From Alloascoidea hylecoeti (lineage: Eukaryota), in assembly GCA_001600815.1 (NCBI GenBank), contig BCKZ01000006.1, forward strand, positions 186,001 through 250,000: 64,000 bases of DNA, written 5' to 3'. This document shows positions 37,620-51,738 of this stretch, one piece after another (positions within the stretch are counted from its first letter, which is position 1; every line of letters begins with the position of its first letter). The translations under genes were made by a program, and so were the position numbers. Under the pieces are notes generated by a model. That model was given only the letters and a program-made list of their open reading frames with translations, was not told the origin of the DNA and searched no databases.

Positions 37620-40571
37620 TCATGGGTGTCCGTGACTTGTACCTGGCCAAGCCGCAATTGAAACGGGTCCTTGTTCTGATAAATCATCATCTTCGACAGT
37701 GTATATCTTCTCCTCAAAGCCATCCATTTTCACCGATTGTAATTTTTGATTTAAAGCATCTGTTAATCCATCGACTAACTGTGTAGAAAGATGTTTTTCC
37801 GTTGGTGTGTTTTCTGAAAGAACCTTCTTTAATGCTTTAACTAAAGATATTGAAACGGAATCGTCAATATTTAATTCCAAACGAGAAGAATAAGAATCAT
37901 GTTCTGACCCCTCATCATTGTGCGGCGCATTTGTCGACGAAATTCCCCCTTTACTAGCGTGTAATAGCAGTAAAGCAGCATAATATAACATAACATGGAT
38001 ATAAACAGGGACATATCTTAGGTTACTAATGACATCCTCATCCGCTGTCGCCATTTTTAAAATTGCGGTTGCTGATGATATTGCTATGCTATCAGATATG
38101 AATGCTTCCTCCCTACTTCTTTTGTCCAGTTCTTCTTTTGATAGATTACTTCCAATATTGGAATCTTCGGAATCGTTGCCAAGTTGAACCCATTGTGGTA
38201 AATGACCCCCCTTAAATTGTAGTTTTTTCATAACAGTGGAGTTGATATGCATTTTAGCGAAATTATAATGAAGTAACGTAGACTTAGAAGGCCATGCATT
38301 TTCTCTAGTTGGGGTTAATAAACAAGCCCAACTAACCATCCATTTATCTAATTCAATATTTGTTTTCCATGGAATACCAAGAACAGATGGAGGCAGTATA
38401 TCCCAGGACCATTGATCAAAAATACCACGAATTGCAGAATTATATTCAAGTTGTGATACTAATCTCATATCATTATATTTATTGGAAAATGATGTTTTTG
38501 CTTCTTTTTTACCTAATAGTTTAGTTAAAGTACCACCTTGTGACAAAGATCTATTTTCTGGTGTATCGGAATCTGAGCCCTTTAATATCATTCTTGTTGT
38601 AGATAACCTACGCGTTGGTATAAACCCTTCTCTTAATAATCCTTTTAAATATTCACCAAGTGTTGAATCCGGTGCTTCATTTAAATTAATATCTAATAAT
38701 CTTCGGGAATTTGAGATAGCACTATCTTTTGAAACCATTGGAGGTCTATTATACGCTAGACTCTGATTTCCATCAATTATAAATAATAAATACCATAGTT
38801 TTAATCTATTTGTAACAACTGGTGGATCATTCGAATTATTTCCAAAACATGATGATAAATTTCTATGCATTATTGGTAGGTTCAATCCAATACTTGTTGC
38901 AAATCTTAAAGCAATCCCTGTTAACATATAACTGTCAGGTAGCCATAAACTTGCAATACATAATGCAAATATTATATTTATTGAATCAGATTCATATTTG
39001 GATATATTAAATAGAATATTTTGACATAACAGTTCAAATTCTTTCTTCATTGGTTTATAAAGTTTATTTAATGTTGTATGATGAATGCTTGAAATTGTTG
39101 TTATAACTGCAACTAATATTGGTGATGTTTTCCAAATCATATCAAAATTATTATTTATGAATTTGATTCCAAATAAATGTGGCTCAATATTTTTTTCAAA
39201 ATGATCAAATAAATCATTTGCTTGTTTGTAAGTTATTACACCAGATTTTCTAAAGTCGACTAATATTTCTCGAGGTTTAATTAGAGTCGTAGAAAAGTTA
39301 TTTTCTGGTATTTCAACTGTTTGAATAGACTTTGAAAGTTTTGGTACACTGGGCTCTTTATCATCTAGTGTTTTATTTTTAACCGGAGAGCTCTTAGAGG
39401 AGGTATATGGACTAGGAGAATCGAAAAAGGAGAATTTCTTGCCATCGAGATTTGGTGTTGGTAGTATATCTAAATTTGACAGTTTGTCGGTTGAGTTTGA
39501 ATTTGAATTTAAATTGGAACGTGTTTTAAATAATTGATATAAACGTTTTTCTTCATCATCCGAAAATAAAGGAACTCCATTAACTGACGAGGGATAAACT
39601 AATGATAGATCCGTAGTTGTGTTTGAAATATGAGAACTGTTTAACTGAGAAGATGATGCTATAGGGGGATCAAACAAGTTTGGGGCATTACTATTAACTG
39701 GTATGGAGATACTAGAGTCATAAGGAGCTCCTAGTTGGTTTGGAGGTTGAAGTGAATTTTGGAAAAGCTGTTGTTGGCCCAGCTGAAGCGGAGGGATATT
39801 GATCATATTTGTATTGCGGATATTAGGGTTTATTTGCAAATTTACATTGCTATTTAATGATGGCAGATAGAAGCTGGAGGCTGCTTGACTATTACCTATG
39901 CTTGAAGGGGAGGGGTCTGACCTTCTGTCCAAATGGTCGCTATTCTGAGACGAAAATCCATAAGCTCCGAGAGAACTTGAAGGAAATGAGGGGAGTTGTT
40001 GAACTTGTTGATTGATATTTGTATTCACATTTGTAGACCCTAGACCTCCAAATCCAGATCCGATGCCACTATTAGTGTTTGCCTTTAAAATATCCAGTAT
40101 TCCTTCCAGAGTTGTTCCAAATGACTCCAATCGTGTTTCCACTGCTGTTTTCCACTCTATATTGCCTGCCAATGGGCCATCAATCAAATCTGAGGAGTTC
40201 GTAGAATAGGCAGGGATTTTCATCTCAAAAACGCATTCAATGTGATGGTCACGACACCGCTTACAAGGGGCTTGTCCTTCATGTTCACAACGAGTCTGTA
40301 TTGATACGTTAGAAGGTTGGGTTCAAGCAAAAAGAAAGCAACGTATTACACTTACCTTGGCTTTCCTACAGGATGTACAAGCCTTTAGTTTCTTAACCAG
40401 AGGTGTATTAGGTCCGTTTTTCTTCGAGGGTGTGGGTTTTGTGCTATTATCATTTTTTATCGACCAGGCAGTGGTGAGAGTGCGTGGGATCTTTGTCTTT
40501 CGGGCAGTAACGGTTGCACTCGGGTCCGCTTCCGTGAAATGGACTTCATTAGGAAACTGATGTTTTTTCAT
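37620..40571 (-). CDS. Zn(II)2Cys6 fungal transcription factor, 2 exons: 40571-40356 and 40295-37620
   Basis: Phase-0 intron 40296-40355 (GTAAGT…CTAAC…CAG) assembles ACTSCRKAK|TRCEHEGQAPCKRCRDHHIEC. A fungal middle-homology-like region (RLKLWYLLFIID…L.YNRP) follows. Confidence 0.9.
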
Positions 40572-43500
40572 TTCATGATCATTCTCAAACAGTAATTATA
40601 AGTTGAAATGTCCTCTTTTTTTCTTTTGTTAGTGCCTATATTTACTCACTTGCGAGTGTTGCTGGTAGGTGCGGCGTAATTTGTAGTACGTTAAATTATA
40701 GTAAAACTTAATTGGAGTATGAAGGGTAAATAAGGTTTATGCTTAATATGTATCTCTATTATCACTCCTTTCGTGAGTCTTTTTTTTTTTTTGTGTATGA
40801 CAGTTTCACCTATCCCAATGCGACAGGACTGTAACCTGGAGAAACTACTCTTGATCTACCATCTTGAGGATTCCGTTGCCGAGTTTCTGTCTCCTTGTTT
40901 CACGAATCGGATAAGTAGCTCTAAGTGGAATATGCAACCTTTTATAAATGCTCATGATCAATCCACAACCATACACGAGTAAATGAAATCCAGTTTCTAG
41001 AGCCTCCTGTTTTGAGTATATATGTAGATAGAGTACTAATATTAATTTTCGTTCCTCGAATCTTTTAAAATTTAAACTTCACATTTCTCCATAGATTTAT
41101 ATACGTATCTAAGTTTTAGCACCACTATAGCTAAATTCTTGAAAGATAATATAATAATTAAACGCATTTTAGATACAGGTAACTGGCTCGAAATATTAGT
41201 TGAAATAGGGCATATATTTGAATTTCCTTGATACTTTTAGGTGCTCGGAAGCTCAACCGGTTCCAATATATTGATCATCTTCTCTTGGATATGTAAATAT
41301 GCTATAACTAGCTGTATTTTCAATATGAGTTTTTACATGGAAAAGCTCGCCTCAAAGCTTAAGAGTTAATACTTAATATTTAAAGAACACGCTCTCATAA
41401 ACATACACCCATATTGTATATCTTATCACCATTTTATCTAGCTCTTTTGGATAATCTATTAATTCCAAATATTCAAAAGAAATTGTTATATTCAACAGTT
41501 TATGCAAGGCTGATGATCAGTACTACCATTGTTAATACCTCCAGAATCAATACCATTACACCTGTAGAATCTATGGCCAATAAAAAACAATCATTACAAC
41601 AAGATTATAAAAATTGTCCTTGGCTTAGGTGTTTACAAAGCTTTTGTGAGTTATAGGTTTTTCATAATTATAAAATGAATTTTTTAGCTAAGTCACAGCT
41701 AGACAGATATATATGAATTTGAGAAACTGTCTTCTATTGAAATATGAATAACTTTACAATTGAGAGTTTATTTAGAGAACATCCCATGTACCAATCGCAA
41801 TATAGCCTATATATAAATTTTATTAGGCATCAAAAAAGGAAATTATTCATGATCAAGTTTTAGGGGTAGAAACCTGGATGAATATTCGAATCACTTAACT
41901 AAAAGCTATATCACGTATACATATATAATTGAAACGCCACATTTATTTATTTTTTGCCAGTCTGCCAGTTCTGTCCTTTTAGTTATTGTTTAAGAGTGCA
42001 AGATTTGAATATAGTAGATGATAGTCGACCGGTCTATGAGTTATTTGTGACTTCTGTGTGTCAAAGGAAAACCTTAAAAAACTTACGTACAGTCTATATT
42101 ATTAAAATTAGGTGCTTACCCCTTTTAGGTTAATGTTGTTTAACTTTAAAACTTTTAATGCCCTGAAAAATGCATTGATTTAATTTTTGTTGTATTTTGC
42201 AATTGGTGTTGAAGATTTTTTATTGAAAATTCTTCAGAAACATGTTATATGTAATGTTTCATGGCCCGGACAGAGAAATTTTTTATATTTTCAGCTGGTG
42301 TAATCAGTAATATTAAATAAAAAATTTTTATTAAACAAGCCCTTCCCCGATTGCAACATCCTACAACAACTCCAGTTGGTGTTTATAAGTTGAATTTACT
42401 ATACACTACTTTTTGACATTTTCGGCAAATAATACACAATTGATTATAAGCTCAAGTAAGTATAAGCTTATGGACCTTATACACATGTGGTATTAAATAT
42501 GGCTAAGTAGGGCCACCAGGGGTAACGATAGCATGAATATGTCTATAATATTTAATTATATCGCAACCAATTTGTTTAATGATAAATAAATTTTAAAAAC
42601 TGTGATCATTCTGTAGACTCTATATCATTAAGTATATAGTATTAATTAGGTTTTGTATTTTTCCGATGTATAATTTTTAGCAGACTTTATACAATTTTGT
42701 TTACTTTTTGTCTGTATTAAAGATAAATATAGCTGACTAAAGTCATAGCATTTCATTCCATGTATTTTAATCAAGAGTTTAAGATTATATATGTGGTCTA
42801 TTGCGACAAATCATATTTTTGCTCAATAGTCCAATTATATAGACTTCATGATCATAGCTACAGATAGAAGTTCGTATTAATATTCTACATATATTTATAC
42901 ATGTGTCTAAATAACGTTAATGTATAACAAGTGGTCTCTACCCGATATATGCCAAATAAATTGATAATTATAAACCGCATACGCATTCTAAAGAATATTT
43001 TAGCTTATGATTAATCATGAACTATCCCAGATGAAAGAAACATAATTATAAATTTCATTGAAAATTAAATTGTTCGAGGGTAGAGGCTAGGCACGAAGTT
43101 GATTAGATATCGTATATATCTTATATTATTTAGTTTAGAAACAATAATGAGCCAATTATATATCCTTCAATTCCCAGAACTCTTATATACTCACACCTGT
43201 GCTGTACCGGTGCCAGGTTTACTGATACCACATCTTGTATACGTGGGCAATACATGTTAATCAAAAAAAAATTATTGGTTGGTTATTCATAATTTCAGAG
43301 TGTATAATTTTAAGAGAAACTAATTATTCAAGGTTAAAAAGTTAAGGCGCGATTCTGATTAAATATCAGGTTTAGTCCAAGTACAATAACGAAATGATTT
43401 TATTTATATTATATATATAACCTACTCGATATATTTTATAGGATATATATTTTCATGAAATAGTTTTAATAGAGTATAATCTCATAACAAACTGGAAAGC

Positions 43501-44865
43501 TTTAAAGGTACAACATCTATTAAATATATTCGTCATAAGCTGAGGTAATATTTATATAAGTTATAGTTCTTGATAATGAATCTTTATTACTTCAACAAGT
43601 GAAATTCTATAAAGCAATTGATTTTAAGTTGATAATAAACCAATAACCATCATCCTAATATTAATCAGTGATTCCCTCTTCATTCATGATCAGGTTCAAG
43701 CTTAATGCTAGTATTCTTCGTGATCACACCTAGCTAGCTATAATTATAAATCACGTGTAAATTTTAATACTATATCCTGATTAATATATTGATAATGATA
43801 TTCATCATGATCAAGATTCTGATTGTACTATATTCAATCATAAAGTCCTATAATAATAACGTCAGTGTCATGGAACCATATTTAAATCAAGGTACTGCTT
43901 ACAAATATTGTCTACGGGTCTATCAAAGCTATATAATAATATTGAACAGTTGCGATTGTGATTTCAACTCCGAATTCAACGTTCTCGTTTAAAATAAATA
44001 AAAGTTGTTGTATACGATTAAGCGCTAGTGCTAATAAGTGTCTGATTTACGTACGCTATTGGTTATCAACGGTAGTTGTGAATACAACAAAATCTCATGA
44101 TAAAAAAGTTCCGATTGTTTATATACAGAAAAGATCTGGATTTGCGATCTGTTTGTCTCTTTCTAATATGTTTATCCCAACAACAAATTAATTTAAAAAA
44201 GAAAGTAAGAAACTATATATACGTATGTGCATGGTTAATCAGATCTATTTAAGATTATCTTGCTAGATTTAAGCGTATAGTGAACATCTTAGAGAAGTAT
44301 ATAGGCAATGCAAACTGCATTGTTATTGAAAACGTTTTGAAGATAAAAATATATGAGATCAAAAGCTACGTATCTTAATATTCTTTCTCTCTATAAATAT
44401 TATTTATCGAGTTATCTGAACATTTCACAAGAAGTGTATACCGGTACGTAATTATTGCTATCGATGGGTAAAGCTTATACAAACTAGTTATACTTATATA
44501 TTAATCAAACTTATTATTTAGTTTAAACCCCAATTCATCAGCCCTCTAGATCTTTCTAGAGTCCAAAATAAATATAAACTAGTTGTACTACATGTATAGC
44601 TTTGAGCCTTAGACCTGATTATATCACGATATTAGAGAGATTTTCATTTATAATTTAAAGTAAACTTATACTACCTACTAGTGATTTTTTATAAGCGTGC
44701 CCACTGCCTATTTTATTGTCATCAATAACTTTGACTACCCGAATAGTTGTATTTTGAACTTCGAGGCATATCTTAATATTCACATAGTTGAATTCAAGCT
44801 CAAAATTAACTATAAAACTTAAGGCCATATGCAAAATCTTCACTACACTTTTGAATAGGTAAAAA

Positions 44866-45019
44866 CACACAAACTAAATGATAACAGCAGGGATAAAAGA
44901 CTAACAAAATAAACTACTCTTTCCCAAAATTAATCATTACATCCGTAACAAAACATAACGGCAAAGTAATAGTCATCCCGTTAGTCTCTTATCCCTGCTG
45001 TTAGGACGCAGCTTGTGTG
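44866..45019 (-). ncRNA. Candidate structured hairpin RNA (pri-miRNA-like); alternatively a small MITE
   Basis: About 55 bp of pairing with 8 G-U wobbles that form only on the minus strand. TATAAAAAGG lies upstream at 45150-45141. The inverted repeat is certain; its nature as an RNA gene is inferred. Confidence 0.55.
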
Positions 45020-48000
45020 AAGGATTAAACAAAAGTATTTCCGGATACTCGAAGCAATAAAAAAAACTTAGGAAGAGCCTGATGATGAAAAATAAAGAAA
45101 AACTTAGAGTGTGGAAAAAAATCCGGAGGGAATGTGGTGGCCTTTTTATACTTCAAAAAAATAATACTCAAGTTCTATTTTTTAGGAAAATCCTCCATAC
45201 TAACCTTCTGAATGAAATATTTTGCAAATTATTTTTTTTTCGTATTATAATACATGTACCGGTAGTGAAAATTTCAGTCAATCAATCAATTAACTAATTA
45301 ATTAATTAATCAGTTACGTTAATGGCGAAAATTGCCGCTGAAAAGGAGATCAACAGAGAAATAAATGCCTTTCAGTTGAACAATATCTTTCTCCATCAAC
45401 CAATAAAAAAGAATTGAAGACTTGGGTTAATTAGTCGCAGCCCATCTTACAGAAATTCTCTCCTGTGCATTAATAATACTTGACTATGTCAGCAAGCATA
45501 TGCTGCATATTATATATATAATATTAATTGCAATATTATCATTAATATTATATAGTTATGATTCAAAAAACAGTAAACTAGTCACCAAATTTTTTACATG
45601 TTCTACAAAAATATGTCTCAAATGGCCATATATGGTACTGCTTAAATGTTGAAATCTTATAATAGAAGAAGTCTTAAAATAATAGCCATATATTTCGAAG
45701 GAGCGCTAGCCAATATTGATATTATGTTTATTAAACCCAGCTATATATCGATATCGATATCCAGTTAGTCATATTATCAGTCAACCAGCCTAAATATTCA
45801 TGTAAATCCATTGTATAGTGCTTATCACATGATGTATATAATAAATATTAACTTCAGAACACATATGTTTAAAATTTAATTAAATATATTATATAATATG
45901 TTTTATGATGTTGAATTTTTCAGGTTGGGATAAGTAATAATATTTCTTTTACCTTCGATATTTGTTTGAGATATATCACGTTCTTATGATTTTAGTAAGT
46001 TCAGTTACTTTTTTCCCGTCCCTTCCTTCAGATTATATTAATTTTATTGGTCAAGATTATTGGAGATATATATGAGTGTCAGGTCATAGTTACTTTCCTT
46101 ATGCAAAACAATTAAATTATTCATAAATTATGCGGGAGTGTGAAATTGTTATAGATATATGAAATATAAGAATTTTTATGGACATGATAATATATATTTA
46201 ATAGTTATGTATGAAATACTAAGAATATACAAGCGTAAGTGAAGCTTCATGATAATTAAGTCTATGTGTTACTAATTATAGCTATAGACCTTACAAAAGA
46301 AGCCAGAATTGAAATATTTTGGCTCTATGTGGCATCTAGATCTATTTTGAGAGATCTCCAATCGGAATTCTACCTTCTGTTTTTGATATGAGTTGTTATT
46401 ATATTTAATATTATGTAGAATATCGATATCTCTTCCTTGATTAGTTTGTTGTTATACGTACAGGTATAGGGTTTATGTAAACAATTCGAGCTCTAATCAT
46501 AATTCATATATGGATAGTTAACTGTCAATCGTTAGATCAATACAGCTATGGGTGAGTATATTCCAATGAAAATTAAAATTAAAGCACAAAATAACCACTT
46601 TAATTCTAAACTTAGTCATGGTTTAACTATATACGCCATTGTCAAATCTTTAGAGTCTTTCAACTTTGAATTTTGTTTAGAATTAGAATCCTGGATGTAT
46701 ATATATATATATAACTTATAAGCCTTACATGTTTACTCGGATACCATACTTAATTATAAGCTATAGGCTATATAAATATGTTGTTCCTTTAATTCAGTCC
46801 ACAGTTTAGAAATTTTTAAGGAATTTCTGACTAGTTAGATCGCAATATTATCATATCTAAAAATCATATAACATAATATATGCTACCTTATATTATTTAA
46901 CTTAATCAACGATTGTCAAGTATTAATAATATATAAAACTAAGATGAATCAATTATACTAAGGGTGAGGTAGATCAATTCGTTTAAGGCGATCATAACAC
47001 ATATAATTTTTGCCCTAATTTTTTCCACAGACATGACCTTTATTATAGTACAATGAAACTATATCAGTACGCATAAAATAGAATTCGAAATAATCTAGTG
47101 CTATGTATAGTCATTATAAAGGAAACTTAGTTATAACTAATACCCCATTATACAGCCTACATATAGGCGGATGTAATGGTTGCTTAAAAGAAGAACTCCA
47201 TATATCTTATAATTACGTTCATTGATGAAAAGCATAAGTGAAAACTACATGTATACTTTATAGCGCTAGCTATAAATATATTTATAAGCTAGTATATTTT
47301 GCGATATTAGTCCTGTTAATGATTTATGTAAGCATATTTGATCATTAACACCTCATGAGCAATTACAATTTCTATGTATAATTATAAAGCTAGCGAAAAG
47401 TTAACAATATAACTGTAAAGTTCATAACTGCGACCATATAACTATACTCTACTACATACTGCTAGCGCTTAAGCTTTGGAAATCTTACTGTTTCACTTCT
47501 AGACATGATGTATGTACTCTGCTGATTGTTGAAATTTTATTTGTTATGATTAATATGTATAAATTTCCAATTGTAATTACCATATTAATCAGCATTAGTT
47601 CTAATAATTAATTCATTAACTAGTTAACTTCTGAACTTCAGTTATACAGTTAGCTAGGATCATATTCTTCTCTTTTGTTAAATTATGCTCTTGCAATTGT
47701 ACTTATAAGAGATGGATTGTCTTTTGTTAGCATATATAGCCATAAGCCTAAAAACAGATCAACAAAATTATAGTCTAATATTGTTAGGCTTGACATTCAT
47801 ATTAGTAAATGTGTATCATGATCACATATGAACTTCATTATTGCTCCGTCATATTAGTAATTATAAAATATGAAAAGTCTCATTAACTATAGAATATTTC
47901 ATTTAATCAGATTTGCATATTTAGAAGTCTATGAATATTTCGAATCAAATGATCATAAGTGATTATAAATGTTATTTGCTAGCTAAGCTTAAGGAATATA

Positions 48001-48140
48001 GAAATTCCACATCATATAGCTAATTATAATTATGTATTTTTTATCTTCCAGCGCAAAGTTCAACATCCTTTAAAACCAAATAAAAATATAATTCCAATTT
48101 ATTAATTTATAACCACGAATTTAAGCTTAAATGAAGCAGA

Positions 48141-48174
48141 TCAAGTTCAAGTTCAAGTTCAAGTTCAAGTTCAA
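48141..48174. repeat. (TCAAGT)n microsatellite
   Basis: Five perfect units plus TCAA. Confidence 0.9.
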
Positions 48175-50854
48175 ATAAACAATATTTAAATGTTTTCGCC
48201 CATCCTACAGCTGTCATTATATAATATCCCTAAATATTAATATATACCACCATACTCATGTTATAATTATGGTTTATTATTTCAGGAATTTCAATATAAT
48301 CACTTCGAAGTTTCAGATAATTTCCATTACTCTCGATGATGAATAAAAGTATTGAAGTAAACTTTCTTTTTATGATAATAACCCAGTTGTAGTTGATAAC
48401 TCTTGATTACAAAGGAAGCTCATATTAATATCACACTTGAAGATATAGAAAGAGGAAATTGGAGCATGTAAGGTTTTGAAGAACTATAATCAATTATGTA
48501 TCTAAATTTAACAAATATATACACGTGTAATTACTATTACATCAATAAAAGGAGAGGTGTACCTTAAAAAAGAGTAGCTACCATTGTGAGTATCAATCCA
48601 TAATTACCATTTACAAAAGCATAGTTATATGCTTACATATGTGTTTTAAAATTGAAAGAATTTTAATGATTTATTCCAGAAAGTCAAAAATTTTTATTAG
48701 TTCATCATGAATCTATTAGAAATAGATATCGGAAAATGGGGATAAAGGCTGCTCATGAGGTTTCTTAAGGTCTATAGTTAGTAGAAAAGGAAAATTGAGA
48801 CTATAATTTAAAAAAACTTTACAAAGAAACTGGATATTGACGGTGTATTAACTTCTAATTCTAAGAATACTGCTAAATTACCAGATAGCTCTTAAAGTAG
48901 TAGTATATCTATATTAAAAATAGTCTAGTTTGATGATATATCCAGAACAAGAAAGTATTAAGATTGAGAAGAACAAGTGGGTTACGATTGAGAGTGTTTG
49001 AGATCTAGATTTAATGTGTGATTAATAAAAAAATGATTATAATACACACCAGTCTCAAACTACAGCTGGAATTTCAATTTCTGTTCTCGATAACCAATTG
49101 CAAAAGAAAACAATTATTTATCCTTTGATTAACAATACAAATAAATTCATTATAATTATGTTTTTCTTATTGAATTACCAACAATATGTTATCCAATGAA
49201 TTAACTTATCAGAAAATTTTATTAGGTTACATCTATAACATGAACAGGTCCGACTTATATCTATATTAGTACACCCCATGCTCACTAAAGAGATCTACAA
49301 ACAAAACGTGAAGTTGCTGGCCTATTTTGTGGAAGAATATTCGATTTCTGGTGAGAAGACTGCTCATCTGCTACATATGGTTGGGTCCAATCGGCCCTAC
49401 TTCATAGATGTACCAGAGCCACACAAAACACTCCATCAATTGGAAAATATGAATGAGATATCTTCTAGAGTTACTTCGGAGGTGATTACAAGATTGTACC
49501 TATTCTTAATATTAATGAATTCGTGGAAATGGTGAATCATGCGAAAAACATGGTACCATCTTTACGACATATTCCACCTGGTGAGCGGGACGAAAGAATT
49601 CTAAAATCTATAAAAAAAATAACTACCAGATTCTCCTGTGTATCATTAAAGATATTTAGATTTTATATAGACATTAAATAGTTTTGTTAAAATTTAAATA
49701 ATATGTTTTTTATTAATGGTGCACGATGGACAGTTGTTAGTGTACATACCCTATATACATAAGATAGTAGTTAAAGATTCACCACTGTTCTGTTTTTCTT
49801 TTTAATTATATAATCACAGGTCTATAGGTCTGCCCCTCATACATATTAATATCAATATAAAAGGATTGTACTATGGTGGCAGACATCTAATATAATATAT
49901 GGGCTTTTCCAGACACACTTTTTTGAAAACTCGTCCACCAACCACCGACAATATTAATTGACTTGTTAGGATAGATAGTTGACCGATAAAGTTTAAATCT
50001 CTTTTAATTCATATTTATTGATCTCAGTTAAAGCGTGGACGGCTATTTTTCAAATATAGACCTTTTTTTCCTACCTATACATATCATGTATACACTGCCT
50101 ACTTAATTAGGGGATATGAACAAGCATACGGTATGCGCAATCAGAGTTTCAAGCCTTTGGCTTCTTTACTATGTGCAAATCATGTCTCTATGGAAGGAGG
50201 ACCTAATTTTACAGGTGGTTAGTTATATAAAATCACAGTACTATCTTTGAGGATAGTTTCACAGTAAGCCGAATTTTAATGAATTTGGTAGGGTGGAAAA
50301 CGGGTATGAAATACTGTGTTTTCAAAGGAAAGCACTCTAGTATTTCAGTTATTCAGAAAACTCAAGCAAATGGAAATTCAAAAGGAATGAGATAGTTACT
50401 GGTAGTGAGGGATTATCGAGGAGAAGGCCTGGTAGTTTATTGAAGGGCACAATCGTGATGAGATTTTGGGTTCCGCAATAACAAAGTTTACTAAGCATCA
50501 CAGCATTAATGATAATTAAAAGTTAATTTATGAGCAATACAGCGCTAGTACTTATAGAGGAAGCTATTCTCACTTTTTGTACATATGCAATGTGGATTAT
50601 TCATTACCATATATAGTATCACTGCACATTTTCATATGCACATATCAATAAATAGTATATGCATACCGATATGAATATGTATATAGCCAAATATGGTAGT
50701 TAGCGATTCGTACAAAAATCTGCGCATGTTATTTTTTAGACACTCTTCCAAAAAACGATAGTATTAAATACCTGAAAAGACCTTAAACTGTTCCTTAGAT
50801 GCTAGAGAGTCTACTAGGGTATATAAAATAACATTTCAAATTTAATAATTAGTG

Positions 50855-51738
50855 CTAGTTAACACCATAAACGGTTGCCACTCTACGAGACATGGAGCCA
50901 ATCAGATTAATTATCATTGATATCCTGTTTATGCTTTGAGATGATACACTTCTTGGAGGAGATATATTCCAAATATGAGGCCACTCTAACACCTCTATCT
51001 TCTTGTGACTAAGCCAATTTCGGGATTCCTGCTTTATAGATAGGTGCATTATTCTGGTTGAATTTAAGACCCCCAGTAATCTCATAAAAGGCCTCTTCCA
51101 GAAGCTTTATGTAGGAATGTGTGGTGTCTCCTTTTTTTCTGCTATTAGGATCCCCATCTACTCTATACAGTGAAACACGGCCTCCTTTCCAAATTTCAGT
51201 CCATACCACAAGTCTCATCGATCCACACTTCCTTATATTATTACTATTTTGAAGTCCAAAGGCCAGATGTGACTGTTGTGGAGCATATACTTTTTCAGAA
51301 CATTCGTCACTAAATACAACACCGTTCCAAACGTTCAAGACCACTCCAATCTATTTTTAGATTGTATCGTTCTGTTCCATTGGTTCCTCTCATTTAGAGT
51401 GGGCCTTTAAATTATAAGAATATTTCAAGTCCAGCGTAGAAGCATTCCTAGATGGCCTTTGATATTCTAATGTTAAACTTTGAAGCCAGCTCATTAAATT
51501 TATTCAAGAAGGAGGCCTTTAAAATCTTCAGATTTTGATTTAATACCCTTTCAGAAAGTGTTCGAGGAGACATGTTAGAAAAATTGTTTGTATGTAAAGG
51601 TGCGATATGTTTTTAGGCCTATTTTGGGAACTAGAAGAAGCCATTTATTTACTCAGATTGCAAATAATATGAAGGGATACAGTTGAGGATTCCGATAATT
51701 GGTGATGAGAATGGCCTAAATTAAGTGTAATCACTGTA
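50855..51738 (-). mobile_element. Tc1/mariner-superfamily (DD34E-type) transposon relic
   Basis: WNGVVFSDE, VVWTEI..GGR, FNQNNAPIY (cf. FQQDNAP.H), W…IEVLEWP, LIGSMSRR; frameshifted. A TA-CAGTG terminus at 51738-51732 lies upstream of the transposase. Confidence 0.85.

Noticed and set aside
44866..45100. Hairpin locus as SRP RNA, spliceosomal snRNA or snoRNA
   Set aside because: I could not find the SRP helix-8 motif, snRNA signature sequences or correctly placed C/D or H/ACA boxes. An Rfam search is still needed.
44655..45297. Short ORFs 44655-44870(-) and 45082-45297(+) around the hairpin
   Set aside because: No recognisable motifs, and the minus ORF lacks an ATG start; probably chance ORFs.
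48700..49600. Decayed coding-like sequence (NKWVTIES resembles a pogo DDE motif; 85-aa ORF at 49278)
   Set aside because: Too short and degenerate to assign by eye.
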